Source: Gammaproteobacteria bacterium
GTDB taxonomy: Bacteria > Pseudomonadota > Gammaproteobacteria > Eutrophobiales > Eutrophobiaceae
Assembly: GCA_965222155.1 (NCBI GenBank)
Contig: CBDCTH010000012.1
Location: forward strand, 800,001-864,000
Reading direction: 5' to 3'
DNA: 64,000 nucleotides
Part shown: positions 37,785 to 47,551 of the stretch, piece by piece
How positions within the stretch are numbered: position 1 is the stretch's first letter
How the letters are laid out: each line of letters opens with the position of its first letter
The notes under the pieces: generated by a model
What the model was told of the DNA's origin: nothing
Database searches by the model: none
What the model saw: only the letters and a program-made list of their open reading frames with translations
Program-made: the position numbers and the translations under genes

Positions 37785-38866
37785 ATACCTTCGTATAGCA
37801 ATTCCGCGAGGGCATCCCGGTCCAGATCGGCAAGGCCCAGGTTCTTCAGGGTGCGACCTGTTATACGGAAATCGCGCCCCGTGATCGCCGAGCCCAGGGC
37901 CAGCAAGCCGTTACTGACGGGTGCGTCCAGGCCAAGATAGCCGGCGCAGGATACCAGGAACGCGAGTCCCAACTCCATGTCCTCGGTCATGTAACGGTGT
38001 GTCATAAGGTCGATGTCTTCGCGCCAGTCTTCGCTGTCCGTCAGCCTTTCATGGGCGGCATTGCCGTACATCCACTCATCACCATCCGGAGTATAGTGGT
38101 CGACAAGCGGAAAATGTGGTGGGGCATAACCAAATGCCTCACGGATGGCAATTCTCTCTGCGTCGAGCGTATCCGTAACGCGGCGGATAGCGGGTTGTGT
38201 ACCCTCATTATGGATGTCCCACTTGTCGAAATGCTCCATGGGGCCGGCGTTCATCATAATCAATGGCGGGTGAATAATGGGGCCGGCATTCATCAGGGCG
38301 CCGCTTAAGGCGTCTTCGATACGTTCGATGACCGGGTAAGCCTGTTCCAGTATGGGGAAGGCATGTTGCGAGTTTTTTGCCGGGAAGACGCCGCTGGGCA
38401 GGCGCGTGGCATAGCCGCTGACGGCGACCAGGTTTGCCTCACGTTTCCTGGCCAGGTAAGGCAGGGTGCCGGTTTCCGCAAAACTGACATCGGCATCGTT
38501 GCCGGCATCACGCAAGGCTCTAGCGAAGATGTAGCTGCCAAACGTGCCCGGTGGCAGATAGACAACCTGACCGCTCCTTAAATGAGGCGCCAGCTCTTGC
38601 GCCAGGGACTCATGGGTCAGTGCCGGCAAGGGGATGACTATCAATTCCACTCCGTTGACCGAATCGGCGAGATCAGTCGTCACATGGTGTATCTTCACTT
38701 CCCGTTTACCGTTACTGTCCAGCACGGTAACGGATTTTGATTTCAATACCGGCTCAAACGCCTGCTTGTCGCGTCGCCAGAAACGCACCTGATGACCTTG
38801 TTCGGTCAGTGTCGCAGCGGCGGCATAAGAACCGTGTCCGCCTCCCAGTACGGCTAATTCCATCAT
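37781..38866 (-). CDS. NAD/NADP octopine/nopaline (opine) dehydrogenase family protein
   Basis: GGGHG, ETGTLPY, N...IHP, D.ER, HRY..ED, GRTL..LGL. Confidence 0.88.
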   Translation of the reverse strand: MMELAVLGGGHGSYAAAATLTEQGHQVRFWRRDKQAFEPVLKSKSVTVLDSNGKREVKIHHVTTDLADSVNGVELIVIPLPALTHESLAQELAPHLRSGQVVYLPPGTFGSYIFARALRDAGNDADVSFAETGTLPYLARKREANLVAVSGYATRLPSGVFPAKNSQHAFPILEQAYPVIERIEDALSGALMNAGPIIHPPLIMMNAGPMEHFDKWDIHNEGTQPAIRRVTDTLDAERIAIREAFGYAPPHFPLVDHYTPDGDEWMYGNAAHERLTDSEDWREDIDLMTHRYMTEDMELGLAFLVSCAGYLGLDAPVSNGLLALGSAITGRDFRITGRTLKNLGLADLDRDALAELLYEGI

Positions 38867-39360
38867 TCCTCTCCGGATATACTGCTGTAATCATGCTGCA
38901 GCCTGTTTGCTTTTTCCATCAGTTTATCAATCATATCGTTGAATATTTCCAGTTCTTCTGTTGTTAAACTTGCCAGCAATTTTGCCTCGTAATCCCTGGC
39001 GATGGGCATCACTTCATCGTAGACAGTCGAGCCGGTCTCAGACAGTTGCAACCTCGAACGGCGTTTATCGTTTTCGTCCCTGTCCCGGTTGATGAGATGA
39101 CGGTTGAACAGCCGCGCCACGGCCCGGGAAACCACGGATTTTTCGATTTTTGTACGGCGACAGACTTCATCGGCAGACACACCCGGATATTCCGCCAGGA
39201 TCATCATGATACGCCACTCCGGCATGGAAATGGCAAACTTGTCCCCGTAAACACCAGCGACGGCGCCACTGATGGCGTTTGACAACAGTGATAGCCGGTA
39301 GGGTAGAAACGCCTCCAGTTGTAATGGTCTACGATGTTTCAAAGCGATTTGCTCCGGCAA
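38863..39360 (-). CDS. MarR-family transcriptional regulator
   Basis: L.LE.FLPYRLS, PEWR, KS.VSRAV, DKRR..L.L...G; divergent from hppD. Start moved to TTG 39360, outside the repeat array. Confidence 0.9.
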   Translation of the reverse strand: MPEQIALKHRRPLQLEAFLPYRLSLLSNAISGAVAGVYGDKFAISMPEWRIMMILAEYPGVSADEVCRRTKIEKSVVSRAVARLFNRHLINRDRDENDKRRSRLQLSETGSTVYDEVMPIARDYEAKLLASLTTEELEIFNDMIDKLMEKANRLQHDYSSISGEE

Positions 39361-39394
39361 TGTACAAACATAGAAACATATAACACTACGATCG

Positions 39395-39517
39395 CCTAAA
39401 TCAAGGACACCTAAATTTAGGACACCCATAAATTAACACCTAATTTAGGACACCCATAAATTTAGTAAATCCAGGAAACACCTAATTTAGGACACCCATA
39501 AATTAAGGACACCCATA
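39395..39517. repeat. Tandem array of (AATTTA)GGACACCCATA units
   Basis: Four full copies of GGACACCCATA plus partial copies. Confidence 0.9.
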
Positions 39518-39524
39518 CAAACAG

Positions 39525-39572
39525 TTGACAATAGTTGTTCGTGCAACTAATATCAGTTGCACGAACAACTAT
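39525..39572 (+). promoter_or_regulatory. Sigma70 promoter of hppD overlapped by a large inverted-repeat operator (probably for MarR)
   Basis: TTGACA-17 nt-TAATAT; ATAGTTGTTCGTGCAACT-N6-AGTTGCACGAACAACTAT perfect 18-bp IR. Confidence 0.8.
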
Positions 39573-39596
39573 TATGCCACGGCAGGAGCTATACGC

Positions 39597-40664
39597 ATGA
39601 CCGAATTATTCGACAATCCCATGGGTACCGACGGGTTTGAGTTTATTGAATACACCGCTCCCGACCCGGAATTACTGCGCAGCCTGTTTGAAAAAATGGG
39701 TTTTCCTGTAACGGCAAAGCACCGGAGCAAGAACGTCACGCTGCATTCCCAGGGCGATATCAACTTTATAATTAACGCCGAGCCGGACAGTTTTGCCCAA
39801 CAATTTGCTGAACAGCACGGACCGTCTATATGTGCTGTCGCTTTCCGGGTGAAGGACGCGGCCAGAGCCTATACCCGGGCGCTTGCAGCCGGGGCGCAAG
39901 CAGTGGAGACAAGGCCGGGACCTATGGAATTGAATATCCCCGCCATTGAAGGTATCGGCGGGAGCCGTGTCTACCTGGTTGACCGTTATGGCGATAGGAC
40001 CATCTATGACGTGGATTTTGCCCCCCTTGAAGCCGATTATCACCTCACCCGCACCGGGCTCACCTACGTGGACCATCTCACCCACAATGTCCAGCGTGGC
40101 AATATGGACAAGTGGGCCGGGTTCTATGAGAAATTATTCAACTTTCGTGAACTGAAGTACTTCGATATAGAAGGCGAGTTAACGGGGTTGAAAAGTCGCG
40201 CCATGACCAGCCCCTGCGGCAAGATTCGCATCCCCATCAACGAATCAGCCGATGACAAATCGCAAATCGAGGAATACTTGAGCGAATATCACGGAGAAGG
40301 CATACAGCATATCGCCCTGGGCACGGCCGACATTTATGCAACCGTGGATGCGTTACGCAGTCACGATGTTGTGTTTCAGGATACGCCCGACAGCTATTAT
40401 GAAAAAGCAGACCAACGTGTGGCCGGCCACGGTGAAGACCTGGAGGCGCTTAAACAACGCCGCATATTAATTGACGGCGCTCCCACGAAAGGCCAGGGAG
40501 TATTGCTGCAGATTTTCACCAGGAATGTAATCGGGCCGATTTTCTTTGAAATTATTCAACGAAAAGGTAATGAAGGATTTGGCGAGGGAAATTTTCAGGC
40601 TCTGTTTGAATCAATTGAACAAGATCAGGTTCGGCGCGGCGCCCTGAATCAGGATGTCTTGTAA
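39597..40664 (+). CDS. hppD: 4-hydroxyphenylpyruvate dioxygenase
   Basis: NPMGTDGFEF.E, DHLTHNV, QIEEYL..Y.GEGIQHIA, FFEIIQRKG..GFGEGNF.ALFESIE; AGGAG RBS. Confidence 0.97.
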   Translation: MTELFDNPMGTDGFEFIEYTAPDPELLRSLFEKMGFPVTAKHRSKNVTLHSQGDINFIINAEPDSFAQQFAEQHGPSICAVAFRVKDAARAYTRALAAGAQAVETRPGPMELNIPAIEGIGGSRVYLVDRYGDRTIYDVDFAPLEADYHLTRTGLTYVDHLTHNVQRGNMDKWAGFYEKLFNFRELKYFDIEGELTGLKSRAMTSPCGKIRIPINESADDKSQIEEYLSEYHGEGIQHIALGTADIYATVDALRSHDVVFQDTPDSYYEKADQRVAGHGEDLEALKQRRILIDGAPTKGQGVLLQIFTRNVIGPIFFEIIQRKGNEGFGEGNFQALFESIEQDQVRRGALNQDVL

Positions 40665-40665
40665 C

Positions 40666-40691
40666 AGGGGGCGGATTTAAAATCCGTCCCC
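40666..40691. repeat. Palindrome GGGGCGGATTTAAAATCCGTCCCC
   Basis: Same family at 45230-45254 and degenerate at about 17047-17071; lies between convergent genes. Confidence 0.75.
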
Positions 40692-40736
40692 GGACGAATC
40701 CATCCCGGACAGTGGAGGGAATATGTTCGTTCCCCA

Positions 40737-41726
40737 CTAACGCCGGAAAACGCTCCCTTTCGTCGCGGAGGGCAATTCACCGAAAAGCTGGTAATAATCT
40801 TTGGCGAACCGGCCCAGGTGCCAGATACCCCATTTTGCCGCGATATCCCCCAGGGTTTTGGGCTGCATGGAGAGGATTTCCCTCCTGATATTATTGAGGC
40901 GCAAGGCCCTGATGTACCTGGCCGGGCTCATCTTGATGTTCTCATTGAATATGTATTCCAGTGTGCGCCGTGACGCCGCCAGTTCTTCACACAGCTTCCC
41001 GACTGTTAATTCTTCGCATATATTGTCCTTGATGATGTCGAGGGCATCATGGAATAGCCGGTGGTGCTTATCTCTCGTCGTCATTCCTGATTTAATCCTG
41101 CCGCGCTCGTTTTCTGTGATAAACACCGAGCATATCGTTTCTATCAGGGTATTTTTGAGGGCTACCAACTGATTCGGACTTCCCAGTGTAAGATGCACTT
41201 TTTCCGCTCCGGTCTGAAAATCTTCCAGCAATGAATACAGGGGCCAGGTTTCTTTTTCATTCTTGATGAGCATGTATGGGATATTGTCGGCGTTGAGCAG
41301 ATTCAGTTCATGGTATTGGTGTTGAAGTGCGCGCTTCAGTAATTCGACGGATACGTGGATGATACAGATTCTCATATCGGGTGATGAAATACCCTCCATC
41401 TCAGACCCGGGAGGTAAAATAAATGCAGAGCGTTTCGGGAAAGGTTCACAGTTCAATACCAGGGTTCTATCGGTATTCATCAAAAAGCCGATTGCATAAT
41501 AATGATGCGGGACCATGGCATTTTGATATAACACCTGGTTGGTGGATTCAAAAAACAGACTCAGTTCAGGATCCAGGTCACAGGTGGTGAAAGTGCCGGA
41601 GAAAGAACCCCTGCTGATCTGCTGGTAGGATTGCCCATAACCGGTGAGCCGGGCGGCCTGTTCATCAATATCACGGTGATGAAGTTTCTTGATCAGGGGG
41701 TTTTTTGCGCAAATCGGATAATCCAT
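40737..41726 (-). CDS. AraC-family regulator (EutR-like)
   Basis: YQQIS.G.F.G N-terminus; SRRTL...F, SP..Y.R..RL, WG.WHLGRF..DY..LFGELPS. Confidence 0.9.
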   Translation of the reverse strand: MDYPICAKNPLIKKLHHRDIDEQAARLTGYGQSYQQISRGSFSGTFTTCDLDPELSLFFESTNQVLYQNAMVPHHYYAIGFLMNTDRTLVLNCEPFPKRSAFILPPGSEMEGISSPDMRICIIHVSVELLKRALQHQYHELNLLNADNIPYMLIKNEKETWPLYSLLEDFQTGAEKVHLTLGSPNQLVALKNTLIETICSVFITENERGRIKSGMTTRDKHHRLFHDALDIIKDNICEELTVGKLCEELAASRRTLEYIFNENIKMSPARYIRALRLNNIRREILSMQPKTLGDIAAKWGIWHLGRFAKDYYQLFGELPSATKGSVFRR

Positions 41727-41854
41727 CGCATGTACTCACCAATTCAGCCTGAAAAATACGTTTTTCTTGCGCATTGAGGATAACACTTCATTAATTCAAG
41801 CAGTAATACTGTCTCCTGTCAAATCATATAACTGCATTTGTAGAGGATCTGATA

Positions 41855-44155
41855 ATGATTAGAAACAAGATATTGACCCATATCCAATGTGGATGTTTAT
41901 TCCTGCTGTCCCTGGTAGCGGCGAACCCGGCGTGGGCGCAGGCTATTGAGGAGATTATCGTCACCGCAACCAAACGTGAAACAAGCCTGCAGGATACGGC
42001 CTTGTCAATAACGGCCGTCGGCGAATTTGAGTTGCAACGTATCGGCGCCGAAGGCATATTCGACTATGGCGCCAAAATTCCCAACCTGGGTTTCAGTTAT
42101 GAGGCCGATGGGCGTTTCAATGCCGGTTCGCCCGCTATTCGCGGTGTGGCCGGTGGCGGGGTGGTTGGTGCAACAGGCTTCTATATTGATGATATTCCGG
42201 TTCCCGAATACATGAATCCGCGTGTCTCAGACATCGCGCGAGTTGAAGTGTTACGCGGCCCGCAAGGCACGCTCTACGGCGCGCGTTCCATGGGGGGCAC
42301 GGTTCGTGTGATCACAAAACAGGCCAATCCTGAGGAATTTGACGGGTATGTGCATACGTCTGTTTCTGATGTAAAGGAAGGTGGCATTAATTATGCTTTT
42401 GACGGTGGGGTCAACATACCGGTTATTGCAGATACGCTGGCAGTGAGAGCCATGGCTTACTATGCGGCAAATTCAGGGGTGTTTGATCGGGTACACCTGT
42501 CCGGTTCACCCAGACCGGCATTTGCCGACCAGAACAATGTCGATGATGACAATTATTATGGTACAGCATTGGCATTATCCTGGCAGGTCACGGACCAACT
42601 CACCGTCAAACCCCGCTTCATGTACCAGCGCACTGATTCAGACAACCTCCCCCTGGCCGATATTGACCCGGGCAATTTCACTGTTGTGCGGGCCAATAAT
42701 ATTGAAGAGCCGGGTGATGATAAATGGTGGTTGGCAAGTGTCACTATCAACCTGGATACTGATATCGGCAGCATTGTTTCAACGACAGCAAAATATAAGC
42801 GGAAAGTGAACGAATTTGAAGATCAGACCGGCACCCTGGATGGTCTCGTGTTTGCGGGCAGTGGTTTGGCCGAACCCAACATTCCCGCTTTTGTATCTGA
42901 AAAGGAAGAAGACACTTCGTTTATTCATGAAACCCGGCTGATTGCTGATTTCGGTGATTTGTTCAGTGAACGGATTGCAGCCACTGTCGGTGTATTCTAT
43001 GAGGATCGCGAGCATATTCGGGAGTATCCACCGTCCTTTGCGCCGGGCATTAATGCGAAATTCACCAATGACCTGAATAACGCCTATGGGTTGGGGATTC
43101 CACTGCCCCCAGGCGCCCTGGGAACGGATGAAGTATTTGAAACCTTTGATGAAGTGGATTCGGAAGAAATAGCGCTTTTTGGAGAAATCACATTCAAACT
43201 CACGGACTGGTTACGTTTCACCGCCGGCGCCCGTTGGTCCGATGTTGATGTGAAATCGAGTTCAGTCTCCGGTGGATTCGTGAATGCGGGCCCTTCTGTG
43301 GTTGACGCAATGCAGTCAGAATCGAGTGTCAATCCAAAGTTTTTGCTGGAAGCCGATATGAGCGATGATATTTTGCTATATGGTTCAGCCTCGAAAGGAT
43401 TTCGTATCGGCGGCAACAACTTCAATGTGCCATTCTCGCCAGTGATTGGATGCCTGGCAGAATTGGAAACACTGGGAGTTAGCTCCAGGGCTGATGTGGA
43501 TTCCTTTGATTCCGATTCGATCTGGAGTTACGAATTGGGGACAAAAACATCCTGGCTTGATAATCGGCTGACTGTGAATATTGCCGGTTTTTTTATCGAC
43601 TGGTCAGACATCATACAAACCAATCGATTAGCCTGTGGTTTTCAGGTTGTGGCCAATGCGGGCGAAGCGGAGAGTAAAGGATTCGAAATTGAAGTCGAAG
43701 CCGTACCGGTCGATGGCTTGCATCTGTCTCTTGGTTTTGGCTATACGGATGCTGAGATTACCGAAGGGAATAATCCCATTTCAGGCCTGGATAAAGGTGA
43801 CCGCATCAATCAAGTGCCGGAAGTTACGTTGAACGCATCGGCTGAGTATACATTTCCATTATTCACGGATTGGGAAGGTTATGTCCGTGGTGATTTTTCA
43901 CACTACGGTGACAGCTTTAGCGCAAACAATAATGCCACAATGCCGCGTGTCAGAGACTCCTTCGAAATCCTGAATCTTCGACTTGGTGCGTTTCAGTCCG
44001 ACAGCTGGGATATTTCCCTGTTTGTCAGGAATGCCACCAACGAACACGCCAACCTGTCCGATAACCGATCCATCGCTGCGGAAAAACCGGGACGACCGCG
44101 TATCATCACGAACCGCCCGCGCAGTTTCGGCCTGGAAATCCGGAAAGACTTCTGA
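41855..44155 (+). CDS. TonB-dependent receptor
   Basis: IEEIIVTATKRE, EVLRGPQGTLYGA.SMGG, C-terminal F. Confidence 0.95.
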   Translation: MIRNKILTHIQCGCLFLLSLVAANPAWAQAIEEIIVTATKRETSLQDTALSITAVGEFELQRIGAEGIFDYGAKIPNLGFSYEADGRFNAGSPAIRGVAGGGVVGATGFYIDDIPVPEYMNPRVSDIARVEVLRGPQGTLYGARSMGGTVRVITKQANPEEFDGYVHTSVSDVKEGGINYAFDGGVNIPVIADTLAVRAMAYYAANSGVFDRVHLSGSPRPAFADQNNVDDDNYYGTALALSWQVTDQLTVKPRFMYQRTDSDNLPLADIDPGNFTVVRANNIEEPGDDKWWLASVTINLDTDIGSIVSTTAKYKRKVNEFEDQTGTLDGLVFAGSGLAEPNIPAFVSEKEEDTSFIHETRLIADFGDLFSERIAATVGVFYEDREHIREYPPSFAPGINAKFTNDLNNAYGLGIPLPPGALGTDEVFETFDEVDSEEIALFGEITFKLTDWLRFTAGARWSDVDVKSSSVSGGFVNAGPSVVDAMQSESSVNPKFLLEADMSDDILLYGSASKGFRIGGNNFNVPFSPVIGCLAELETLGVSSRADVDSFDSDSIWSYELGTKTSWLDNRLTVNIAGFFIDWSDIIQTNRLACGFQVVANAGEAESKGFEIEVEAVPVDGLHLSLGFGYTDAEITEGNNPISGLDKGDRINQVPEVTLNASAEYTFPLFTDWEGYVRGDFSHYGDSFSANNNATMPRVRDSFEILNLRLGAFQSDSWDISLFVRNATNEHANLSDNRSIAAEKPGRPRIITNRPRSFGLEIRKDF

Positions 44156-44174
44156 TCTTTTCCGGGTCGTTGGT

Positions 44175-44213
44175 TCAGGTGAGGCATGATCCGCAACGTT
44201 ATGCCTCACCTGA
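44175..44213. repeat. Intergenic hairpin TCAGGTGAGGCAT...ATGCCTCACCTGA
   Basis: 13-bp perfect arms just after the TBDR stop. Confidence 0.65.
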
Positions 44214-44264
44214 CCGGTTATCAGGGTATAATTCTGCCCGCCTTACAACTTATCTTTCCCTTGT

Positions 44265-45065
44265 ATGAAAAAACGGCTCGAGTTACCTGACGGACTAACG
44301 CTTTCTTTCGTGGAATACGGCGCCGGCAAGCCGTTAATTTTTATCCCGGGCTGGACGTATACCGTGAAAGTCTTCGCAAGAAACCTGCCGGCCTTTGCCG
44401 AGCATTACCGGGTACTGGCTTATGACCCGCGCAGCCACGGTGATTCAAGTGTGACAGCCGGTGGCAACAATTTCAAACAGCATGGCGCCGACCTGCATGA
44501 ATTCATCACCCGCCTGGGGCTCGATGATTGCCTCATTGCTGGTTGGTCCTTCGGCGCTTGCACGGCGTATTCGTATTTTGAACAGTATGGCACCGCCAGG
44601 GTACGGGGATTTATCGGTATTGACGAGCCGCCGAAGATCAGGAAGGAAACCGCATCGGATTGGGGAGAGGGGAAAGAAGATGAGTTGCAGGCCAGCATGG
44701 AGATGTTGACAAATCATGGTCATTTGAAATTTTTTGAGGATTACCTGCACTATTGTTACGTCAATAAACCCGACCCGGCTTTTGTCCGGGACATGCTGAG
44801 TGAGGCCGCCAAAACACCGGAACCAATAGCCTTCGAACTGATTAAAACCAGTTTTGACCTGGACTACCGGGAGATAGCGCGCAGGATCGACAAAGAGATA
44901 CCGGTAATGCAGGTTGTACGCGAGGATTGGAGACAGGCAGCCGGAAAGTGGATCAGCGAGAATCAACCGAATGCAAGGGTTTATTACATGCCCGCCCATC
45001 TTTCTTTCCATGAGTTCGCACAGAACTTCAACACGCAGGCGCTTGATTTTTGCAACAGCTGTTAG
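44265..45065 (+). CDS. Alpha/beta hydrolase (non-heme haloperoxidase-like)
   Basis: FIPGW, YDPRSHG.S, GWSFG nucleophile elbow, C-terminal AH..F.E. Confidence 0.88.
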   Translation: MKKRLELPDGLTLSFVEYGAGKPLIFIPGWTYTVKVFARNLPAFAEHYRVLAYDPRSHGDSSVTAGGNNFKQHGADLHEFITRLGLDDCLIAGWSFGACTAYSYFEQYGTARVRGFIGIDEPPKIRKETASDWGEGKEDELQASMEMLTNHGHLKFFEDYLHYCYVNKPDPAFVRDMLSEAAKTPEPIAFELIKTSFDLDYREIARRIDKEIPVMQVVREDWRQAAGKWISENQPNARVYYMPAHLSFHEFAQNFNTQALDFCNSC

Positions 45066-45323
45066 CCCGGATTTCTCACCAGGTCGCTAGCTGCTATCGG
45101 ATATGGATATTTGGGGTCAGAGTAAAAATACTACAGTCAGTTTGGCAAGTGGTAGTGGCTTGTTGTTGAGTATTTTTACTCTGACCCCAAATATCCATGC
45201 TCATCGTCGCAGACGCCCGTACTGCATAAGGGGACGGATTTGAAATCCGTCCCCGGAGAGATGGAAGGCGCACATCAAAAATCCGGCGCGATCATCGCAT
45301 CACCTGGTGAGAAATCCGGGTTA
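45063..45323. mobile_element. Second copy of the CCCGGATTTCTCACCAGG-ended MITE, with two other palindromic repeat families nested inside
   Basis: TAGCCCGGATTTCTCACCAGGT ... ACCTGGTGAGAAATCCGGGTTA; inner 30-bp IR at 45103-45132/45169-45198; GGGGACGGATTTGAAATCCGTCCCC at 45230-45254. Confidence 0.8.
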
Positions 45324-45425
45324 ACGGCTGTGAGCGGGATGGAATTAATTCCGTTTCCTGCAGATAAAAAACAATATTCCTTATAATAGAATGGTAGCCT
45401 ATCCACTGGAAGATTAAGGTAAAAA

Positions 45426-47048
45426 ATGAATCTGGCGGAGCAATTACTCAAGGCTTTGAAAGGCTACGGAGTCAACGAGATTTTCGGTATCCCCGGCGAT
45501 TTCGCCTTGCCGCTGTTCAAGGTCATCGAAGAGACCGAAATCCTGCCGTTGTATACCCTGAGCCATGAACCCGCGGTGGGATTCGCCGCCGATGCCGCGG
45601 CGCGTTTTCATTCCAAACCGTCAGTGGCAGCGGTCACGTACGGGGCCGGCGCATTCAACATGGTGAACCCGGTCGCGGCGGCCTATGCGGAGAAATCCCC
45701 CGTCATCGTCATTTCCGGCGGGCCGGGGAGGGCGGACAAATCCACCGGCCTGCTGGTGCACCACCAGGCCAAGCAACTCCATTCCCAGATACAGGTATAC
45801 AAGGAGGTGACCTGTGACCAGGTGATCCTGGAGGACTTGGCGCAGGCGCCGGAACAGATCGCCCGAGTACTCAGAAACTGCATCGTCGAATCCCGCCCCG
45901 TGTATATTGAGGTGCCGAGGGACCAGGTGTTTGAGCCCTGCGACCCCGTGCCCATACTGCCGCTGACCAGCGATTGTGACGCCGATGCCCTGGATGCCTG
46001 CACCGATGAAATCATCAGCACCCTGGCGCAGGCCCGCTCCCCGGCGCTCCTGGTGGGGGTGGAAATACGCCGGTATGGTCTGGAGCAGGACGTTGCCCTG
46101 CTGAGCCGCAAACTGGATATCCCGGTTGCCACGACGTTCATGGGCAAGGGATTGCTGGCGGGACAGCCGGTGGATTTCAGAGGCACTTATATGGGGATAG
46201 CCGGCGAGCAGGCATTGACCGAACTGGTTGAGTCCTCCGATGGCCTGTTCCTGCTGGGCGTGTTGTTGTCCGATACCAATTTCGGCATCTCGGAGAAAAA
46301 GATAGACCTGAGGAAGACCGTCCTGGCCTGCGATGGTTCGGTATCCCTGGGCTTTCATATCTATCCGAACATACCTCTACAGGAACTGGTGCTGGCGCTG
46401 AACAGCAAGTTGCCGGACAAACCGCAACGTGACGTTACGGTGTTCGAGCATCCGAAAGGTCTTGAATTAACGGATACGCCTATCACCCCCACCGATATCG
46501 CCACCGCGGTCAATGACATGTTCCATCTTTATGGCGCGTTGCCCATCGCCGCGGACATGGGGGATTGCCTGTTCACGGCCATGGATATGGAATACACCGA
46601 ACTGGTGGCGCCGGGCTATTACGCCACCATGGGCTATGGCGTCCCCTCCGGCCTGGGCGTTCAGGCCGCAACGGGGCGCCGTCCGCTCATCCTGGTGGGT
46701 GACGGTGCATTTCAGATGACGGGTATTGAGTTGCTCAACTGCCGGCGTTACGGCTGGAACCCCATCGTCCTGGTATTTAACAACAGCAGTTGGGAAATGC
46801 TGCGGGCGTTTCAACCGGAATCCGCGTTCAACGACCTGGACAAACTGGATTATGCCGCCCTGGCAAACGCCATAGGCGGCCGCGGCCAGGCGGTTAAGAC
46901 GAAAAAAGAGTTACATGCCGCCCTGGACCGCGCCTTCGGGGATGAGTCCTGTTTTCAATTAATCGATATCAGTCTGGCGCGCGGTTTGATGTCCAACACA
47001 TTGACACGTTTTGTAGAGGGTATTAAAAAAATGAGAAAAACCAGGTAA
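45426..47048 (+). CDS. ipdC: Indolepyruvate/phenylpyruvate decarboxylase (ThDP-dependent, Azospirillum type)
   Basis: IFGIPGDFALP, HEPAVGFAAD, HHQ, GDGAFQMTG...NN..W.ML. Confidence 0.9.
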   Translation: MNLAEQLLKALKGYGVNEIFGIPGDFALPLFKVIEETEILPLYTLSHEPAVGFAADAAARFHSKPSVAAVTYGAGAFNMVNPVAAAYAEKSPVIVISGGPGRADKSTGLLVHHQAKQLHSQIQVYKEVTCDQVILEDLAQAPEQIARVLRNCIVESRPVYIEVPRDQVFEPCDPVPILPLTSDCDADALDACTDEIISTLAQARSPALLVGVEIRRYGLEQDVALLSRKLDIPVATTFMGKGLLAGQPVDFRGTYMGIAGEQALTELVESSDGLFLLGVLLSDTNFGISEKKIDLRKTVLACDGSVSLGFHIYPNIPLQELVLALNSKLPDKPQRDVTVFEHPKGLELTDTPITPTDIATAVNDMFHLYGALPIAADMGDCLFTAMDMEYTELVAPGYYATMGYGVPSGLGVQAATGRRPLILVGDGAFQMTGIELLNCRRYGWNPIVLVFNNSSWEMLRAFQPESAFNDLDKLDYAALANAIGGRGQAVKTKKELHAALDRAFGDESCFQLIDISLARGLMSNTLTRFVEGIKKMRKTR

Positions 47049-47098
47049 CACCGTAAGTAGTATAATCAAGTTCGTTGCCACCCTGATTAGAGGTCACC

Positions 47099-47527
47099 AT
47101 GAAAACCCAAGGCAGTTGTCTGTGCGGTAAAATTCGCTACGAAGTGAATAAAACATCCGATGACATTGATCATTGCCACTGTACGTTCTGCCAGACATTT
47201 CACGGCGCCGCATTCGGCACTTATATAGAGCCGGTAACCCCGGAAAATTTTGCCTGGCTTGAAGGCGAGGATCTGGTAGGCCGCTACCAGTCCGGTTCGC
47301 ACTCCGCCCGGCTGTTCTGCAGCATATGCGGCGCTGCCCTGGTCGCGGAGATTAACGGCGGCGAGGTACTGGCCGCGACTGCCGCCACTCTTGACGGGGA
47401 GGTTGAGGTCGGTGAGGCTGCGCACATGTTCTGGCAGTCAAAAGCAAGCTGGTGCGAGATTAACGACGACCTGCCGAAATACGACACCTATCCGCCCGGT
47501 ATGGATGAGTTCATGCCGACCGATTAA
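47099..47527 (+). CDS. GFA/CENP-V family protein
   Basis: GSCLCG, CHCTFCQ..HGA, FCSICG. Confidence 0.9.
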   Translation: MKTQGSCLCGKIRYEVNKTSDDIDHCHCTFCQTFHGAAFGTYIEPVTPENFAWLEGEDLVGRYQSGSHSARLFCSICGAALVAEINGGEVLAATAATLDGEVEVGEAAHMFWQSKASWCEINDDLPKYDTYPPGMDEFMPTD

Positions 47528-47551
47528 CTCTTATATTCCGCCCATTTTATA

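Noticed and set aside
39395-39517. Possible CRISPR array (also 2592-2680)
   Set aside because: Units are only 11-18 bp, linkers are irregular and derived from the unit, and no cas genes are present
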